Shown: positions 18,608 through 28,596, counted from the first letter of the stretch. The stretch is DNA of 50,111 nt from an uncultured virus (IMG/VR IMGVR_UViG_3300009111_000004) (IMGVR_UViG_3300009111_000004), one strand, 5' to 3'. Notes: generated by a model from the sequence alone, not told the origin. Numbers and translations are program-made.

Positions 18608-18618
18608 TATTTAGTATA

Positions 18619-19284
18619 TCACGGCACAACGGGTACGGGAGTCACACCGCCAGCAACACCTGCAGTTAGAAGCATCAATGTATAACCAACCATCTCTTTA
18701 CGTACTTCGGTTTTGATATTTTCTTCACCAGGCTGTGCGGGCATAAAAACCCAAAATCCTTTATATAACCAGCCCTTTAATAGAATAATTGATAGATCAC
18801 CTGCGGTAATCTGAGGAAGAACTGTGCCTGGCGAGGGGCGAATATATTTACCCCTAGCAGAACTCAGATCTTGTGTCCACTGGGCGAACAGAGCTTGGCC
18901 TCGTCCACCACGTGGACCCCCACATTTATCGTCAACCAAGCGGTCAGCTCGCTCCACATTACGATCGTACTGATCTATAATGTGTTGTGGAATTGATCTA
19001 GGATTTTCCTTGAGGGCAGTCTTTGCACTAGCCTGCACTTGCAAGGCCCATCCCTTTGTAGATTGAGCAATTAGACAATCTAGCTCAGATTGAGTCCAAT
19101 TTTTAGTCTGAAATCGACTCTCATAAAGTTGGCGTCCTACCTCAGCAACTTTCATAATGGCCTGCTCGTAGATTTGCTTCCAGCTACCAGCTGGAATCTC
19201 AAACCCCTGAGGATTTTCTGGGGTAGGCATATCCATCGCACCAAAACTATTCCATAGACATAGCGTGAGAATTACATTATACAT
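18619..19284 (-). CDS. putative exported/membrane protein
   Basis: signal-like N-terminus, hydrophobic C-terminus. Confidence 0.7.
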   Translation of the reverse strand: MYNVILTLCLWNSFGAMDMPTPENPQGFEIPAGSWKQIYEQAIMKVAEVGRQLYESRFQTKNWTQSELDCLIAQSTKGWALQVQASAKTALKENPRSIPQHIIDQYDRNVERADRLVDDKCGGPRGGRGQALFAQWTQDLSSARGKYIRPSPGTVLPQITAGDLSIILLKGWLYKGFWVFMPAQPGEENIKTEVRKEMVGYTLMLLTAGVAGGVTPVPVVP

Positions 19285-19285
19285 G

Positions 19286-19498
19286 TTATTCCTCGATTAA
19301 ACGTGAACACCTAAGAATTTCATCACCAGTAAGATACTGCATGGCACCATCCATAAAATGGCACCGATAGAATGAAAAGCTGGGACAATGACTTGCTTCC
19401 CCAATAATCAATTTTGTTCCGATATATTTACTTGCAATAAGATCTTGTCTATATAAGGGGACTGTAGTGTGAATCTCTCGCACTGTTCCTAGTTCCAA
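19286..19498 (-). CDS. divergent GQIW-family protein
   Basis: LGTVREI...IGTKLII...CSRLI. Confidence 0.65.
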   Translation of the reverse strand: MELGTVREIHTTVPLYRQDLIASKYIGTKLIIGEASHCPSFSFYRCHFMDGAMQYLTGDEILRCSRLIEE

Positions 19499-19501
19499 TA
19501 T

Positions 19502-19798
19502 CTAATCCTCAACCTTAACAAGCTTCCCATAGATATTTTTCAATTGGGTCCATCCATTAATTTTACCATGATTATTAGCAATCTGAGCTAATCCTTGATG
19601 GATCGATCTGATTAAATGTAGATACTGATGTCCATTTACCTTGCATAGGACAACATCCCCGATCTTAAATTGTTCTGTTCGTTCTATTGTACATAGTTGT
19701 CCACTACGAATTCGGGGCATCATACTATCACCGCGAGGACGGAAAGAGACTCGGCCTTGTTCAATCAGAGTAGTAATATGTTGATCAGCCCAACCCAT
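19502..19798 (-). CDS. S24/S26 peptidase-like protein
   Basis: PRGDSMMPRI.SG...GDVV...LHLI. Confidence 0.8.
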   Translation of the reverse strand: MGWADQHITTLIEQGRVSFRPRGDSMMPRIRSGQLCTIERTEQFKIGDVVLCKVNGHQYLHLIRSIHQGLAQIANNHGKINGWTQLKNIYGKLVKVED

Positions 19799-19807
19799 GG
19801 TAGTTTG

Positions 19808-20059
19808 CTACACCTGAGTAAAATAATGTTCAAGGGCGCCAATACTAACATCTCCAGCATGTCCCCATAGTGTAAATGATACCCAAATCTTAGATGATTT
19901 ATGATCCGAAATCAGTGGTGTATCAGGGATATATTTTGTAATTATTATTGAATCACCAATAACAATATCATCCATTCTATGTTCATCTTTCCAGTAGAAA
20001 TTTATATATGGTCGTAATGTTGTTTTGGTTCGCCAAATTTGACCAATCTCAGGCGTCAC
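19808..20059 (-). CDS. GQIW-family protein
   Basis: IGQIWRT...IGDSIII. Confidence 0.8.
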   Translation of the reverse strand: MTPEIGQIWRTKTTLRPYINFYWKDEHRMDDIVIGDSIIITKYIPDTPLISDHKSSKIWVSFTLWGHAGDVSIGALEHYFTQV

Positions 20060-20126
20060 TTGATACCTCGAAGCCTATTGAAACAACGTATACGAATAAT
20101 TCTATCCACTTGATCGAGCAAATATG

Positions 20127-21386
20127 CTATAATGTAGCAGGTTGATAATGATCTTGTAAAAACTTAGTTAAGTCAGTAACGGTATTCTTCTCCGGATCTA
20201 ATAATACTAAATCTAACAAGGATTTCGCAATTTCTCCTACTTTTTTAGATGGTTTTAGATTTAGTATCTGCATAATTTGATTTCCACCAATAGCTAGATC
20301 TCGAACACTCAATGGTGTGTTTGATGATAGAGTCGTTCGTAGACTATTAGCTGTTTGCTCCAGTAGGTTTCCACCTCCTACCGATGCCGCCAAGATATCA
20401 TCAACTGTATCTCGACCGACTTTGGATCCCCACTTACGAATCTCGGATGGAGACCAATTTTCAGCGATCGACTGATCGATCATGTGCGTAGCCACATGTA
20501 GTACTCTGCTTACTATTTCTGTAGGATAGGTCAAAATTCTTAAACGATTAGATATCTGATCGGTAGGTATAGACCAAAAATGAAATAGTATGGGAAGCCG
20601 AACAGTAAGTGAAGCAGCAACCTGTCCCAGCATTGGGAGTAATTCAACGCGTCCTTGTTTTAGACAATATTCAGTTTTAGTTTGAAATTCAGGGATGATT
20701 TCGTTAAGAAGTCCGGTTATCAATAGACAACGTAAACCATGATCAACTTTAGGAGCGAGCAAAATCTTATCGAATTCAGCTCGTATTTGTTCATTAGATA
20801 TCTTGCAAAATATAGGTATACAATTAGGTATAGACTGTATGGTAGCTTGATCAAATTCAAAGTCCAAAACAGTAGAAAATCGAATCGCCCGTATACAGCG
20901 TAGCCCATCTTCAGAGAAGCGAGCGATTGGATCTCCGACAGATTTAATTATCCTCTTTTGGAGATCTTCTTGACCACAAAATGGGTCAACTATAACCCCC
21001 ATTATAGGATCCCAAGCAATTGCATTAATAGTAAAGTCTCTACGCCCTAGGTCGGCTTGGATCTCTGTGTGAAACTCAACCTTCTCCGGCCGACGACCGT
21101 CATAGTAAGGACCATCGGTCCGATAAGTAGTAACTTCGATTCCTTGATTGTCGATCAAAACAGTTACTGTTCCATGTTGGATTCCTGTGGGAAGCACTTT
21201 GGTGAAACAGTTTTGGACTTGAGAAGGAATAGCAGACGTGGCTATGTCCCAGTCCTTTGGAATCTTACCAAGAATAGAATCACGAACACATCCACCAACT
21301 AAATAAGCCTGATATCCTGCTTGTTGTAGCTTTGATAATATCGTTAGAACTGCAGCAGGAACAAATCTTGATGATAGATTCATCAT
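20127..21386 (-). CDS. cca: class II tRNA nucleotidyltransferase (CCA-adding enzyme)
   Basis: LVGGCVRD, KDWDIAT, DLGRRDFTINA, FSEDGLRCIR. Confidence 0.92.
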   Translation of the reverse strand: MMNLSSRFVPAAVLTILSKLQQAGYQAYLVGGCVRDSILGKIPKDWDIATSAIPSQVQNCFTKVLPTGIQHGTVTVLIDNQGIEVTTYRTDGPYYDGRRPEKVEFHTEIQADLGRRDFTINAIAWDPIMGVIVDPFCGQEDLQKRIIKSVGDPIARFSEDGLRCIRAIRFSTVLDFEFDQATIQSIPNCIPIFCKISNEQIRAEFDKILLAPKVDHGLRCLLITGLLNEIIPEFQTKTEYCLKQGRVELLPMLGQVAASLTVRLPILFHFWSIPTDQISNRLRILTYPTEIVSRVLHVATHMIDQSIAENWSPSEIRKWGSKVGRDTVDDILAASVGGGNLLEQTANSLRTTLSSNTPLSVRDLAIGGNQIMQILNLKPSKKVGEIAKSLLDLVLLDPEKNTVTDLTKFLQDHYQPATL

Positions 21387-21632
21387 TCACCAATGAGACG
21401 ACAATTAGTGTATAGATAACTGAGTGAGCAATAATTAATTACACCATCTAAAAAGCCAATACTGATTAGATTATCACCAAAATAACACTTGACTATGAAT
21501 TTAGTTCCAGGAACATAACGATCTCTCCATCTCGAATGGCTCTGGTGGATTAACGAATTGTTGGGTATAAGATATGGTGGGTATACTATTTCCCAGATTT
21601 GGCCAGCAGTAACCTGCTTTTTTTTTTGACAT
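21383..21632 (-). pseudogene. GQIW-family gene frameshifted in an A10 tract
   Basis: removing one A gives MSKKKQVTAGQIWEIV...PGTKFIV...NCRLIGE*; its stop overlaps the cca ATG. Confidence 0.8.
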
Positions 21633-21645
21633 ACTATTCGTCTTA

Positions 21646-21909
21646 TTATTTCTTATTAATAAGTTCTTGAACCGTACCGGAAAATTGTGAAATTTCAGCG
21701 TCTTTTCTAGTGCCGCGCCGCCGTCCACCAGCTGTATATCCAGCTTCTTTGAGAAAGCGAGTACCTACATCTTTCAAAGCATATTGAGCAAGAGCACGTT
21801 GAAATCCGAGGGCTTTACGCTCCACTTTTTCTCTCTCATCGGCCAATAGACTATCAATAGTAGTAATCTTCCGCCAACGGCTTTGTGCGTAGTCAGCCAT
21901 TTGGTGCAA
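21646..21909 (-). CDS. hypothetical protein
   Basis: ORF track; sigma54 motif upstream. Confidence 0.7.
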   Translation of the reverse strand: MHQMADYAQSRWRKITTIDSLLADEREKVERKALGFQRALAQYALKDVGTRFLKEAGYTAGGRRRGTRKDAEISQFSGTVQELINKK

Positions 21910-21956
21910 TCCTTCTGGTGGTAGGCATTGAGTCGATCATTCGATCATGGAGGTTA

Positions 21957-21972
21957 TGCAAGTCGTGGGCCG
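21957..21972 (-). promoter_or_regulatory. sigma54-type promoter motif
   Basis: CGGCCCACGACTTGCA. Confidence 0.7.
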
Positions 21973-21983
21973 CGAATAAACAT

Positions 21984-22235
21984 TTAACTAGTAAATTGAC
22001 AATTACGTCGGATCCATCCTTCTGTAAGACTATATAAGGTACCATCTATACCTTTTACTATCCAACCACTTATCAAGTCTCTAGTATCAGGATGACAAAT
22101 TAAAAATTTTTCCCCTAATATCGGAGTTGATGAATAGGTCGTATGATATTCTAATAGCATGTCACAAAAGTTTTGCACTTCAGTAACTTTCCATATTTGA
22201 CCTATACATAGATCAAAATAGTCATAGCCCTTCAT
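21984..22235 (-). CDS. GQIW-family protein
   Basis: IGQIWKV...LGEKFLI...NCQF. Confidence 0.8.
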   Translation of the reverse strand: MKGYDYFDLCIGQIWKVTEVQNFCDMLLEYHTTYSSTPILGEKFLICHPDTRDLISGWIVKGIDGTLYSLTEGWIRRNCQFTS

Positions 22236-22372
22236 TATTTAGGAAGTCCTGGTACCATCAGACAACCTTGTAAAGAAAAAGGCTGATTACCCCAGGATTG
22301 GCCACAGCGCGAACAAACCCACCTTCCATCGCGAAACAGTAGATTATGTGTTCCCATGGTATGTCTTCATTC

Positions 22373-22666
22373 TCATAGATACTTCGTAGCTCGATAGATC
22401 CAAGAAGCACTTACATTAAATGTACTATCATGATAAATAATGGCCCAAAGAGGGCCTATACTAGATGGTTGAGCACCCGTGGCTACGAGACCCGTAACAA
22501 TAACTTTATCACCCAAATCTAAATGATAGCTATAACCATTTGAATTAATTAATTGTGAGGGACATATAATCATCCGTACTTGGCCAGGTTCAATATTGAA
22601 TAGGCAGTCGGATCTTATATGGGAATTAGTCGGATTATTTTGTCTTATATGGGGCACTTTCCTCAT
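22373..22666 (-). CDS. GQIW-family protein
   Basis: PGQVRMI...LGDKVIV. Confidence 0.75.
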   Translation of the reverse strand: MRKVPHIRQNNPTNSHIRSDCLFNIEPGQVRMIICPSQLINSNGYSYHLDLGDKVIVTGLVATGAQPSSIGPLWAIIYHDSTFNVSASWIYRATKYL

Positions 22667-22680
22667 TTAAGTTATTTATA

Positions 22681-22899
22681 CTATCTACCTAGTAGTTTAC
22701 AGTATTTATATAAATCGTCTAAGCGAATATAAATCTTCTTCCCAAATCGATTAATTGGGAAGAAGATTTGATAACAAGGTTTATTGCTATTAATTTTTGG
22801 TAGTGATTCAATAAGGAATCGATCACCTATACTTAGGTCTGGGGGTCGCCCATTGTAAGTATCGACGACCTCCCATAGTTGACCTTGACTAATGCTCAT
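22681..22899 (-). CDS. GQIW-family protein
   Basis: QGQLWEV...IGDRFLI...YCKLL. Confidence 0.8.
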   Translation of the reverse strand: MSISQGQLWEVVDTYNGRPPDLSIGDRFLIESLPKINSNKPCYQIFFPINRFGKKIYIRLDDLYKYCKLLGR

Positions 22900-23118
22900 C
22901 TACTTCTTCTTGGTTTGAGCGTAGGCTCGTTTCCGATCCATGATAGCCTTCTGCTTGGCTGTGAAAGCCTCAGAATGAACCTTATGTTTGATCTGGATTT
23001 TATTTGCGTTGCGCTTAGCGAGCGTGCGTCCGCCAGCCGTAATGGGGCGACTAGCTTTCGACGGAAGACCTTCACGATTCAGCCGCAAGATGTCGCTACG
23101 ATTGCTACCGATGCTCAT
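22900..23118 (-). CDS. small highly basic protein
   Basis: K/R-rich, GAGG SD, own sigma54 motif. Confidence 0.75.
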   Translation of the reverse strand: MSIGSNRSDILRLNREGLPSKASRPITAGGRTLAKRNANKIQIKHKVHSEAFTAKQKAIMDRKRAYAQTKKK

Positions 23119-23187
23119 GACCTACCTCATGTGATGCGGGAATAGATTGTATTCGTTAATCCAACACGCGCCGCCCGATCTGCTAAC

Positions 23188-23203
23188 TGCAAGCGCCGGG
23201 CCG
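23188..23203 (-). promoter_or_regulatory. sigma54-type promoter motif
   Basis: CGGCCCGGCGCTTGCA. Confidence 0.7.
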
Positions 23204-23277
23204 GGAATTTTAGCTTACTAGGAGACAGTGGTTCTTATAAGCATTTGGTAGGAATTGTGGTATAGATTTGATCTGTT

Positions 23278-23553
23278 TCAATTAACATTATGACAGGGAC
23301 GACACGAATGATAGAGATCATATGCCGTAATTGTACCATATACACCATTTACTAATGTTTCCCACAATAAAAAACCGGATTTACCTAGTATAATCTTAGT
23401 TCCGGGGGTAAGTAGGTATGGTCTCGATATTCTATCGAAATATTGTATATATGTAACATAATAAACTACTTCCCAGATTTGGCCAATCTTAGGTTTATAT
23501 CTATCCACGATAGATATATGTTGTGTTCTCATCGGTTTGAGTTCCACATCCAC
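23278..23553 (-). CDS. GQIW-family protein
   Basis: IGQIWEV...PGTKIIL...SCRP. Confidence 0.8.
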   Translation of the reverse strand: MDVELKPMRTQHISIVDRYKPKIGQIWEVVYYVTYIQYFDRISRPYLLTPGTKIILGKSGFLLWETLVNGVYGTITAYDLYHSCRPCHNVN

Positions 23554-23725
23554 AAGGCCAAAGAGTTAAGGACTGTGTGTCTCGGTGAGAATGTGTATGA
23601 TCACCCTCTAAACAGTGATCTATATTTTTAGAGCATTGTAATTTACCCTGGTGATCACATAAATGATAACAAATGGTTATCATATTACTAGACGCATGGG
23701 TCTGATAGTTATGAAGTTTAGTCAT
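23501..23725 (-). CDS. Cys/His-rich hypothetical protein
   Basis: ORF track. Confidence 0.55.
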   Translation of the reverse strand: MTKLHNYQTHASSNMITICYHLCDHQGKLQCSKNIDHCLEGDHTHSHRDTQSLTLWPCGCGTQTDENTTYIYRG

Positions 23726-23981
23726 CGATCAGATCTCCATAATCTTCAATGTGGCGTTTCAATAGATCGGCCTGAATCCCACCTAAGGTAACTATAGATG
23801 TCATTGAATGTGGCTCACTATTCCAGATTGATACTTTATTCTCTACTTCCTTAATTATAAACTTTGTGTGTATAGGAAGATAAATAATCTCGTGTTGATC
23901 AACATGACCTATGATACCCCTAATACCGTTATTTTTAGTAGCTCGATTAGATACCTGCCATACCTGACCAACACGAATCAT
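23718..23981 (-). CDS. GQIW-family protein
   Basis: VGQVWQV...HTKFII. Confidence 0.8.
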   Translation of the reverse strand: MIRVGQVWQVSNRATKNNGIRGIIGHVDQHEIIYLPIHTKFIIKEVENKVSIWNSEPHSMTSIVTLGGIQADLLKRHIEDYGDLIDD

Positions 23982-25015
23982 TGATATTCTGTCCCATCTT
24001 TACGTAGGTGGTATTGCTCCCCAACTAATTTTATAATAATCCTACCTAATTTCGGATCCCAACGTTCTTTTCCTAAGCGCATAACAAACCCCTCTCGAAT
24101 TTGAGAAGGAGTAATTATACTATTTCCTGAAGCAAGAGACTCGATAATAGTCCAGTCAAATGGGCCATCATAAAGAACAGGCACCATTGGAATTTGTAAA
24201 CCGGTGCAAATGCGCTTAAAATTATCATAGTCTATATAATGCATAGCTTTCGAATCATAAATATCAAAAGCAGCATAATGAATTGGATCCTCCAAAGTTG
24301 ATCCATATTTTAAATCCTGAACTCTACCATAAACTTCACCATAGACAACAAAATCTGGTATTTGAGCTAGTTTGGTAGCCATATCATATTTACGGGCCGC
24401 CATCCAGAACACGTCTTCGATACGATCCTTGACAAAATAACGATGTGAACTTACATATAAACGTGGGGCCTCTTCCTTGGGATCGTGTCGATGGACCATG
24501 CGAGAATTACAACCGTGGATTTTTTCGGTAACAATGACTCGCTCTCTAGGAACTATTACCGTATGGTATTTTCGAGCTGATTCAATATCATATACTGGAC
24601 AAATTTGACTATCAGGCTGATGGTCTCGATGACATCCGAGACGCATATTGGTCTCAGGCTCTTCGTACTTTATAATCCCTAATGGGGTAGCTACATTATC
24701 ACCTACCTGCCAAACAAGATCAGACGGTAGAATTGAGATAGGAAATAGAAGGCCCATCGAAAAAATACCTCGAAGCTTCTTAGCTTTAACACGATGGGTC
24801 TGCCGTGATTCCTTTTGTTCTAAGAACGTAAAGGCCCGGTTATTCATTGGAACCACAGACTCAATTGGTATATAGACAGCTAAATCTCCAGGTTTAAATT
24901 CTTCAGTTCTAAAAATAACCGGACAACCTTCTACCTCGGTTAGAGAGAGAGTATCGGCATTAGGGTGCTTCTGGGTTTCACCAATTACTATAATTGGGAC
25001 AGCGAAAGTACTCAT
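23978..25015 (-). CDS. ATP-dependent RNA ligase, DRB0094-like (N-terminal OB module)
   Basis: HPNADTL, KLRGIFSMG, motif I TEKIHG, YGEVYG, FDI, REGFV. Confidence 0.92.
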   Translation of the reverse strand: MSTFAVPIIVIGETQKHPNADTLSLTEVEGCPVIFRTEEFKPGDLAVYIPIESVVPMNNRAFTFLEQKESRQTHRVKAKKLRGIFSMGLLFPISILPSDLVWQVGDNVATPLGIIKYEEPETNMRLGCHRDHQPDSQICPVYDIESARKYHTVIVPRERVIVTEKIHGCNSRMVHRHDPKEEAPRLYVSSHRYFVKDRIEDVFWMAARKYDMATKLAQIPDFVVYGEVYGRVQDLKYGSTLEDPIHYAAFDIYDSKAMHYIDYDNFKRICTGLQIPMVPVLYDGPFDWTIIESLASGNSIITPSQIREGFVMRLGKERWDPKLGRIIIKLVGEQYHLRKDGTEYQ

Positions 25016-25257
25016 AGTATGTCCTCTACTATAATAGGCCAAAAATCATTAAAGGTAGTGGCTTTACAATATAACCTCCTACCGTATAAGGTAAAATAAA
25101 CATAATTGTAAGGACTATAGCCATAGACAACTACTTTATCACCACGTTGAAGTTGTATGGACATGAGATAATGATCCACATCCCAAACCCAAACAATATC
25201 AGCATTTACTTCCCAAATTTGACCAATCTCTAACTCAAGAGGTAATTGATCTTTCAT
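25012..25257 (-). CDS. GQIW-family protein
   Basis: IGQIWEV...RGDKVVV. Confidence 0.8.
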   Translation of the reverse strand: MKDQLPLELEIGQIWEVNADIVWVWDVDHYLMSIQLQRGDKVVVYGYSPYNYVYFTLYGRRLYCKATTFNDFWPIIVEDIL

Positions 25258-25295
25258 TGATAAAGTAAAGGTATGTATATAATATAGTAGGTAAA

Positions 25296-25565
25296 TTAAC
25301 TGTTTATAGTCGGAGATGGACAAGCACACCAAATTCGTTTAAGATTATATCTAGTGAATTCAGACTTGGGTAACCGATATTGAACTCCCCAAAGATTGAT
25401 TAGGCAAGTATGATTATCAACCGATAGTATTATAAAACGATCTCCACGCTGTAATTTTTGATTGGTGGCTAGACCAATTCCTTCAAAATATCTAAACGAA
25501 TTTATAAGAAAATGCTCATGAGCGAGCACCTCCCAAATATCTCCAGGCCAGATTTTCTTTTTCAT
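25296..25565 (-). CDS. GQIW-family protein
   Basis: PGDIWEV...RGDRFII. Confidence 0.8.
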   Translation of the reverse strand: MKKKIWPGDIWEVLAHEHFLINSFRYFEGIGLATNQKLQRGDRFIILSVDNHTCLINLWGVQYRLPKSEFTRYNLKRIWCACPSPTINS

Positions 25566-25571
25566 AAAGAT

Positions 25572-25814
25572 TTAGCTGATCAGCTTACAATGTGTTAAAA
25601 TTGCCCAACTTGGAACAAATTTTTCAACACCAAAACATGAAACTTGTACGGTATGGAAATTAGAACGTATCGAGACTATTAATAATTTGTCTCCAAACCA
25701 AAAGTCTAAATTTGTAGCTAGCCGCTTAGCTTTAACCTCCCAGATCTGGCCGATAGCAAGGCGCTGAATATTATTTTTACGTCCATGAAATGGGGTTTTA
25801 TTAGGAATATTCAT
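25572..25814 (-). CDS. GQIW-family protein
   Basis: IGQIWEV...FGDKLLI...HCKLI. Confidence 0.8.
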   Translation of the reverse strand: MNIPNKTPFHGRKNNIQRLAIGQIWEVKAKRLATNLDFWFGDKLLIVSIRSNFHTVQVSCFGVEKFVPSWAILTHCKLIS

Positions 25815-25823
25815 AATACCATA

Positions 25824-25855
25824 TACACCAGGGGAGAGATCTCTCCCCTGGTGTA
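25824..25855. terminator. perfect 32-bp palindrome after the coiled-coil gene
   Basis: tacaccaggggagaga|tctctcccctggtgta. Confidence 0.6.
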
Positions 25856-25879
25856 CCTGCATATAGTCTACTACAAACA

Positions 25880-26455
25880 TTACTTCTTATTCTTCTTGAA
25901 AGCCAGATTGATGATTCTTCTAGCATCCCACTTGGAGCCAAAAATTTGAGTTAGAATATCGATAACCTGACGCATGTTACCGCGCTTCTTCGGATTTAAC
26001 AACATCAGCGCTTGATCGGCGGTTAGCTGCTTTTCCTGTAGACCCTTGAGTCTCTGATGAATCTCCGCTTTGTATGACCGATGAAGACCGTCGATTCGCT
26101 GATCAAATGACTGGATAATGGCCTCCTCTCGATTTTGAAGCTCCGCTTTGTATGACTGGTGAAGACCATCGATTTGCTGCTTGTATAACTGATGAAGATC
26201 GTCGATTCGCCGCTCATATGACTGGATGATGGACTTCTCCTGATCCTTGAGCCGACTATCTATATTTGCTAGTGCCTTATTGGCCAAATCCTCAAGATCG
26301 AAGATATACTTTTTCTGGGCCTCCTCGCGCACAGCAAAATCCAATATCTGTTGATCTGCTTCACTGAGAGCCTTGATGGCGCTCGCAATCATATTCTGCA
26401 TGACGTCGGTTGCTTTGAAACTCATATACCTATCTCCCAATTGGAAGGCTGCCAA
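25880..26455 (-). CDS. coiled-coil protein with internal 11-residue-period repeats
   Basis: IDDLHQLYKQQ / IDGLHQSYKAE / IDGLHRSYKAE. Confidence 0.8.
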   Translation of the reverse strand: MAAFQLGDRYMSFKATDVMQNMIASAIKALSEADQQILDFAVREEAQKKYIFDLEDLANKALANIDSRLKDQEKSIIQSYERRIDDLHQLYKQQIDGLHQSYKAELQNREEAIIQSFDQRIDGLHRSYKAEIHQRLKGLQEKQLTADQALMLLNPKKRGNMRQVIDILTQIFGSKWDARRIINLAFKKNKK

Positions 26456-26587
26456 TCATCAGTCCGTGGGAACCACCCACGAATACGCTTTTAAGCGTTT
26501 CGGCTTAGTATGGGTTATACAATGTGCAACTTTCATGTTTACACAGCATATTCACACTTTATAGTTCCTCATATTAGTGTTATTAAT

Positions 26588-26818
26588 TTATAATAGACGA
26601 CAATACATTTTAATTCTGCTCTGCTCTATGAATTGATATTTTTGTCCAGTCTTACAAATTGTTGCATAAAATCCGCGAGGATCAGTAGATACAATTACGA
26701 ATTTATCACCTGATCCCAGAGGATATACTGGTCCATAATCCGACATCCCTCTAGGCTTATATTCATTTACTTCCCAAATCTGTCCAGGCTCAATGATGTA
26801 GGATAGGCGATTAGCCAC
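26588..26818 (-). CDS. GQIW-family protein
   Basis: PGQIWEV...SGDKFVI...YCRLL. Confidence 0.8.
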   Translation of the reverse strand: MANRLSYIIEPGQIWEVNEYKPRGMSDYGPVYPLGSGDKFVIVSTDPRGFYATICKTGQKYQFIEQSRIKMYCRLL

Positions 26819-27041
26819 AACGAATACACCATTCTATGATTAGGTTTGGAGACAACCAAAACTGGCACTTATAACTTACGCAGCCCCAAGCACGTCGGTC
26901 TTTGTCAAAGTATCCAATAGTAAAACGATCATGTAGTTGTAGTTTACTGGCTGCAAATGGGTCACGAGCATCCCCAACAGCCATTTTACGTTCTGGGAAC
27001 TGCTCATAATACTCCCAAACCTGTCCGCCTTCAATCTTCAT
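26811..27041 (-). CDS. GQIW-family protein
   Basis: GGQVWEY...HDRFTI...WCIRC. Confidence 0.8.
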   Translation of the reverse strand: MKIEGGQVWEYYEQFPERKMAVGDARDPFAASKLQLHDRFTIGYFDKDRRAWGCVSYKCQFWLSPNLIIEWCIRCG

Positions 27042-27047
27042 AGGTCC

Positions 27048-27245
27048 TCAGGCGACTAAACGGCAACATAATTTAATATAACTATCAGTATAGTATCGGG
27101 TGTGTCCATCAGGATAAATAACTTCCCAAATCTGGCCAGGTTCGGGTAATCCTATAATAATCTTCGATCCACTGGGACTATTGGGCCAACCGGCCCCATT
27201 ATAAACGATTTCCATAATTTGTCCTGATTCAATCTTCATGGACAC
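27048..27245 (-). CDS. GQIW-family protein with the motif present twice
   Basis: SGQIMEIV...GSKIII...PGQIWEVI...CCRLV. Confidence 0.8.
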   Translation of the reverse strand: MSMKIESGQIMEIVYNGAGWPNSPSGSKIIIGLPEPGQIWEVIYPDGHTRYYTDSYIKLCCRLVA

Positions 27246-27514
27246 ATCCTACAAGATTCTATAATATAATGTGCTGAATGCATACAACTTTTACCATTAC
27301 TATCTACTAGATCGTAGATATGTAGCATTGGTCGATCCTTAAATTTGTGCGTACCTACGACTATAAATTTAGCACCAATCTGTTCATCTGATAGGTTATG
27401 AACAACTTCCCAAACCTGGCCAGGCTCAATCTGAGCATATGATAGGTTATTAATACCTTCCCAAACTTGTGTGGGTTCAATTGGTTGGTTCGATGATATT
27501 CCTGTGTTTACCAT
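27236..27514 (-). CDS. GQIW-family protein with duplicated N-terminal motif
   Basis: IEPTQVWEGINNLS / IEPGQVWEVVHNLS, IGAKFIV. Confidence 0.8.
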   Translation of the reverse strand: MVNTGISSNQPIEPTQVWEGINNLSYAQIEPGQVWEVVHNLSDEQIGAKFIVVGTHKFKDRPMLHIYDLVDSNGKSCMHSAHYIIESCRMCP

Positions 27515-27523
27515 TCTGGTGGC

Positions 27524-28015
27524 TCAATTAGTAGTTGATCCCTTCTTAGTATTGCAATCTCCACACATGGTTTGTAGGTTGATTAAACTATCAGATCCAC
27601 CTTTACTCTTAGGAAGTATGTGATCCTGGGTCATTAGATGGAAGTGACCAGCATCGTCAACATGATAAAGATTTAGGTGCGGTTTTGCTAGGCTTGGGGG
27701 TTCAATATTATGAAAATATGGAATGGCTCGGGTCGCCTGTAGCAACATAATAGTCCCGACCTTCCCACATTGGACACAAACCCGACTGCGTTTAAAGCAA
27801 GCTAAACGCTGACTGGCACTTCCTACTTCAATAATATGACCACGATACAAAGTGGTAAGTCTCTCCATGCCTTTACCTAGGTATGGAAATAATTCATAGG
27901 CTGAATAAATATCGAAGGTATATAATCCGCATACCCGTATAGATGAGCGGCCAGTGGAATAAAGTAACCGACGCAGTTTTTTAAGAGTAATGCTAAAATC
28001 GTAGTTTTGAGACAT
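27524..28015 (-). CDS. HNH endonuclease
   Basis: CVQC...TQDHILPKSKGGSDSLINLQTMCGDCNTKKG. Confidence 0.9.
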   Translation of the reverse strand: MSQNYDFSITLKKLRRLLYSTGRSSIRVCGLYTFDIYSAYELFPYLGKGMERLTTLYRGHIIEVGSASQRLACFKRSRVCVQCGKVGTIMLLQATRAIPYFHNIEPPSLAKPHLNLYHVDDAGHFHLMTQDHILPKSKGGSDSLINLQTMCGDCNTKKGSTTN

Positions 28016-28347
28016 TAGCTTTCTTGGTGTTCTACTTCATGTAGTATAGTTCTTAGCGTCGCTTCAGCCATAGCTGCAATTGCAGCCTCAGTACGAGAAT
28101 TTCCATATACTGGGCCGCTAGTTACCCCTAACACAGAAACAACAGCCATCCACAAATCCTTGTCCATGTTAGTTACTTTTATGGTGTAACTTGAGCCCCT
28201 ACGTAGCACCAGTTCTCGCAGTGCTGCGTTGATTGCTACATCATGATTACCATTCCCTACTCGACCGAAACCCAACTTTTCGAGCCAGTCTGCAATACTA
28301 ACTTTCTCTGATTGAATGGACGATTCTTCTGTTTTTTTGTTCGTCAT
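28015..28347 (-). CDS. hypothetical protein
   Basis: ORF track. Confidence 0.7.
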   Translation of the reverse strand: MTNKKTEESSIQSEKVSIADWLEKLGFGRVGNGNHDVAINAALRELVLRRGSSYTIKVTNMDKDLWMAVVSVLGVTSGPVYGNSRTEAAIAAMAEATLRTILHEVEHQES

Positions 28348-28350
28348 ATA

Positions 28351-28596
28351 TTAGTCCAGCCATGGATGAGTTGGTTCATCCACTGGCCTACAATACATAC
28401 GGAAAATACTGTAAACTTCTGAAAAAGAGTTTCCGTCGATAGTAATATAATAAACTATTCTTTCACTATTTGATAGATTCATAATACGACTGACAATCAA
28501 TTTGTCTCCTGCTTGTACCTCTAAACGAAGTCTAGTATTGGCTACCCAAATGTCGCCAACCTGAGGGTGCCTACGCAAGTAAAGCTCTTTTACCAT
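28351..28596 (-). CDS. GQIW-family protein
   Basis: VGDIWVA...AGDKLIV...YCRPV. Confidence 0.8.
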   Translation of the reverse strand: MVKELYLRRHPQVGDIWVANTRLRLEVQAGDKLIVSRIMNLSNSERIVYYITIDGNSFSEVYSIFRMYCRPVDEPTHPWLD

